From assembly GCA_002633005.1 (NCBI GenBank), contig NMRA01000040.1:389362-453361 (forward strand): a stretch of DNA of 64,000 nucleotides, read 5' to 3'. Below the pieces are notes generated by a model. It was given only the letters and a program-made list of their open reading frames with translations. It made no database searches and was not told the DNA's origin. The position numbers and the translations under genes were made by a program. Of this stretch, positions 63,121 through 64,000 are shown one piece after another; the stretch's first letter is position 1; every line of letters begins with the position of its first letter. This DNA comes from Phoronis australis (lineage: Eukaryota > Animalia > Phoronida).

Positions 63121-64000
63121 CTGGAGAATACAAGGAGACAGCATTACAAGCAACTTCAAAGGCCCAACGCATCTGCCTTTGACAAGAGGGATGGAAAATG
63201 TGACAGAGAGGGGGAGAGCAAAAGTGAAATGACCCTTCTGTACAAGAAATTACATTAGATCAAAAATTGTAACCAGAAATCACCAATTAACAGATTGACA
63301 ACATTTCAGTAGTTACTATCCTGATCTGTATCGTTCACAAATGCTGTGGTATGAACTTCACATTTGCTAAAAGTTAAATATGGTGAATTGTGTTGGTTTG
63401 AACAAATGTGTTAGTGCAAGAGAATAGGCCACCATCGTATTGTTCGTCTCCTGTAAGGGGCAGTTGTCTGGATGTGGTGTACTCTTACGGTAACTTAAAA
63501 AGGGATTCCGGATTGATTAGTCTCTTGCGCAGACACAACAGATCCATTTATAAAACATTGTGATCGACCACAAGTGTCTCACGTCGACTAATCGAAGTTG
63601 TTGTCTGTTCATGTCAGATAGCACGGATCTACTAGAATGCATTTAATTTGATTTTTGACTTTATTATACCAAACTGCCATTAATTGGGTCACGTGACCAT
63701 GTCTTTTTAGCAAAATTTAATGAAAAAGAATAAGGTAGATTCACAGCAAAACAAGGAATACCAATAACATGAACAAATTTTGCTTGATAGAAACCCTCTA
63801 GATCCCTTTAGTGACTAATGAAAATGAAAGGTTTATTCAACTGAATAAAACCAAGAAAAATGTCCAAATGTCCATCAACTCTTACAAAATGGCTCATCAG
63901 ACTAACAGGAAACCTTTAGAAGGATTTTTCTCTCGAAAACGCTGTTAGGAATTGCCATTAAAATGCTCCCCTTTAGTACCGAAGGCCAATCAAAAACTAC

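Overview
AT-rich genomic DNA from an invertebrate animal (spliceosomal introns, many decayed transposons, draft assembly with haplotype-type false duplications next to n/N breaks). Two genes are solid. (1) The 3' 13 coding exons of RAD50 on the minus strand (63120->50044, 567 aa plus stop, phase-consistent GT-AG junctions). (2) A two-coding-exon ecdysteroid-kinase-like (EcKL/CHK-kinase-like) gene on the plus strand (38629-40823, 444 aa). The most unusual locus is a minus-strand secreted prepropeptide (about 17200->16360). Its spliced mature region has a beta-defensin-like chalcogen pattern in which two of the expected Cys positions are in-frame TGA codons. It could be a selenocysteine-containing defensin-like peptide, a peptide ending in Gly-Arg, or a pseudogene; no SECIS was found by eye. 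The rest is transposon-derived: an ISL2EU/Harbinger-type relic (THAP plus YqaJ), a TTAA-flanked Kolobok-type element, Crypton-like recombinase fragments, LINE relics, Helentron-type elements with internal tandem repeats, MITEs and a tRNA-derived SINE. One RAD50 intron holds decayed tandem copies of the adjacent coding exon. All assignments are by eye; no searches were run.
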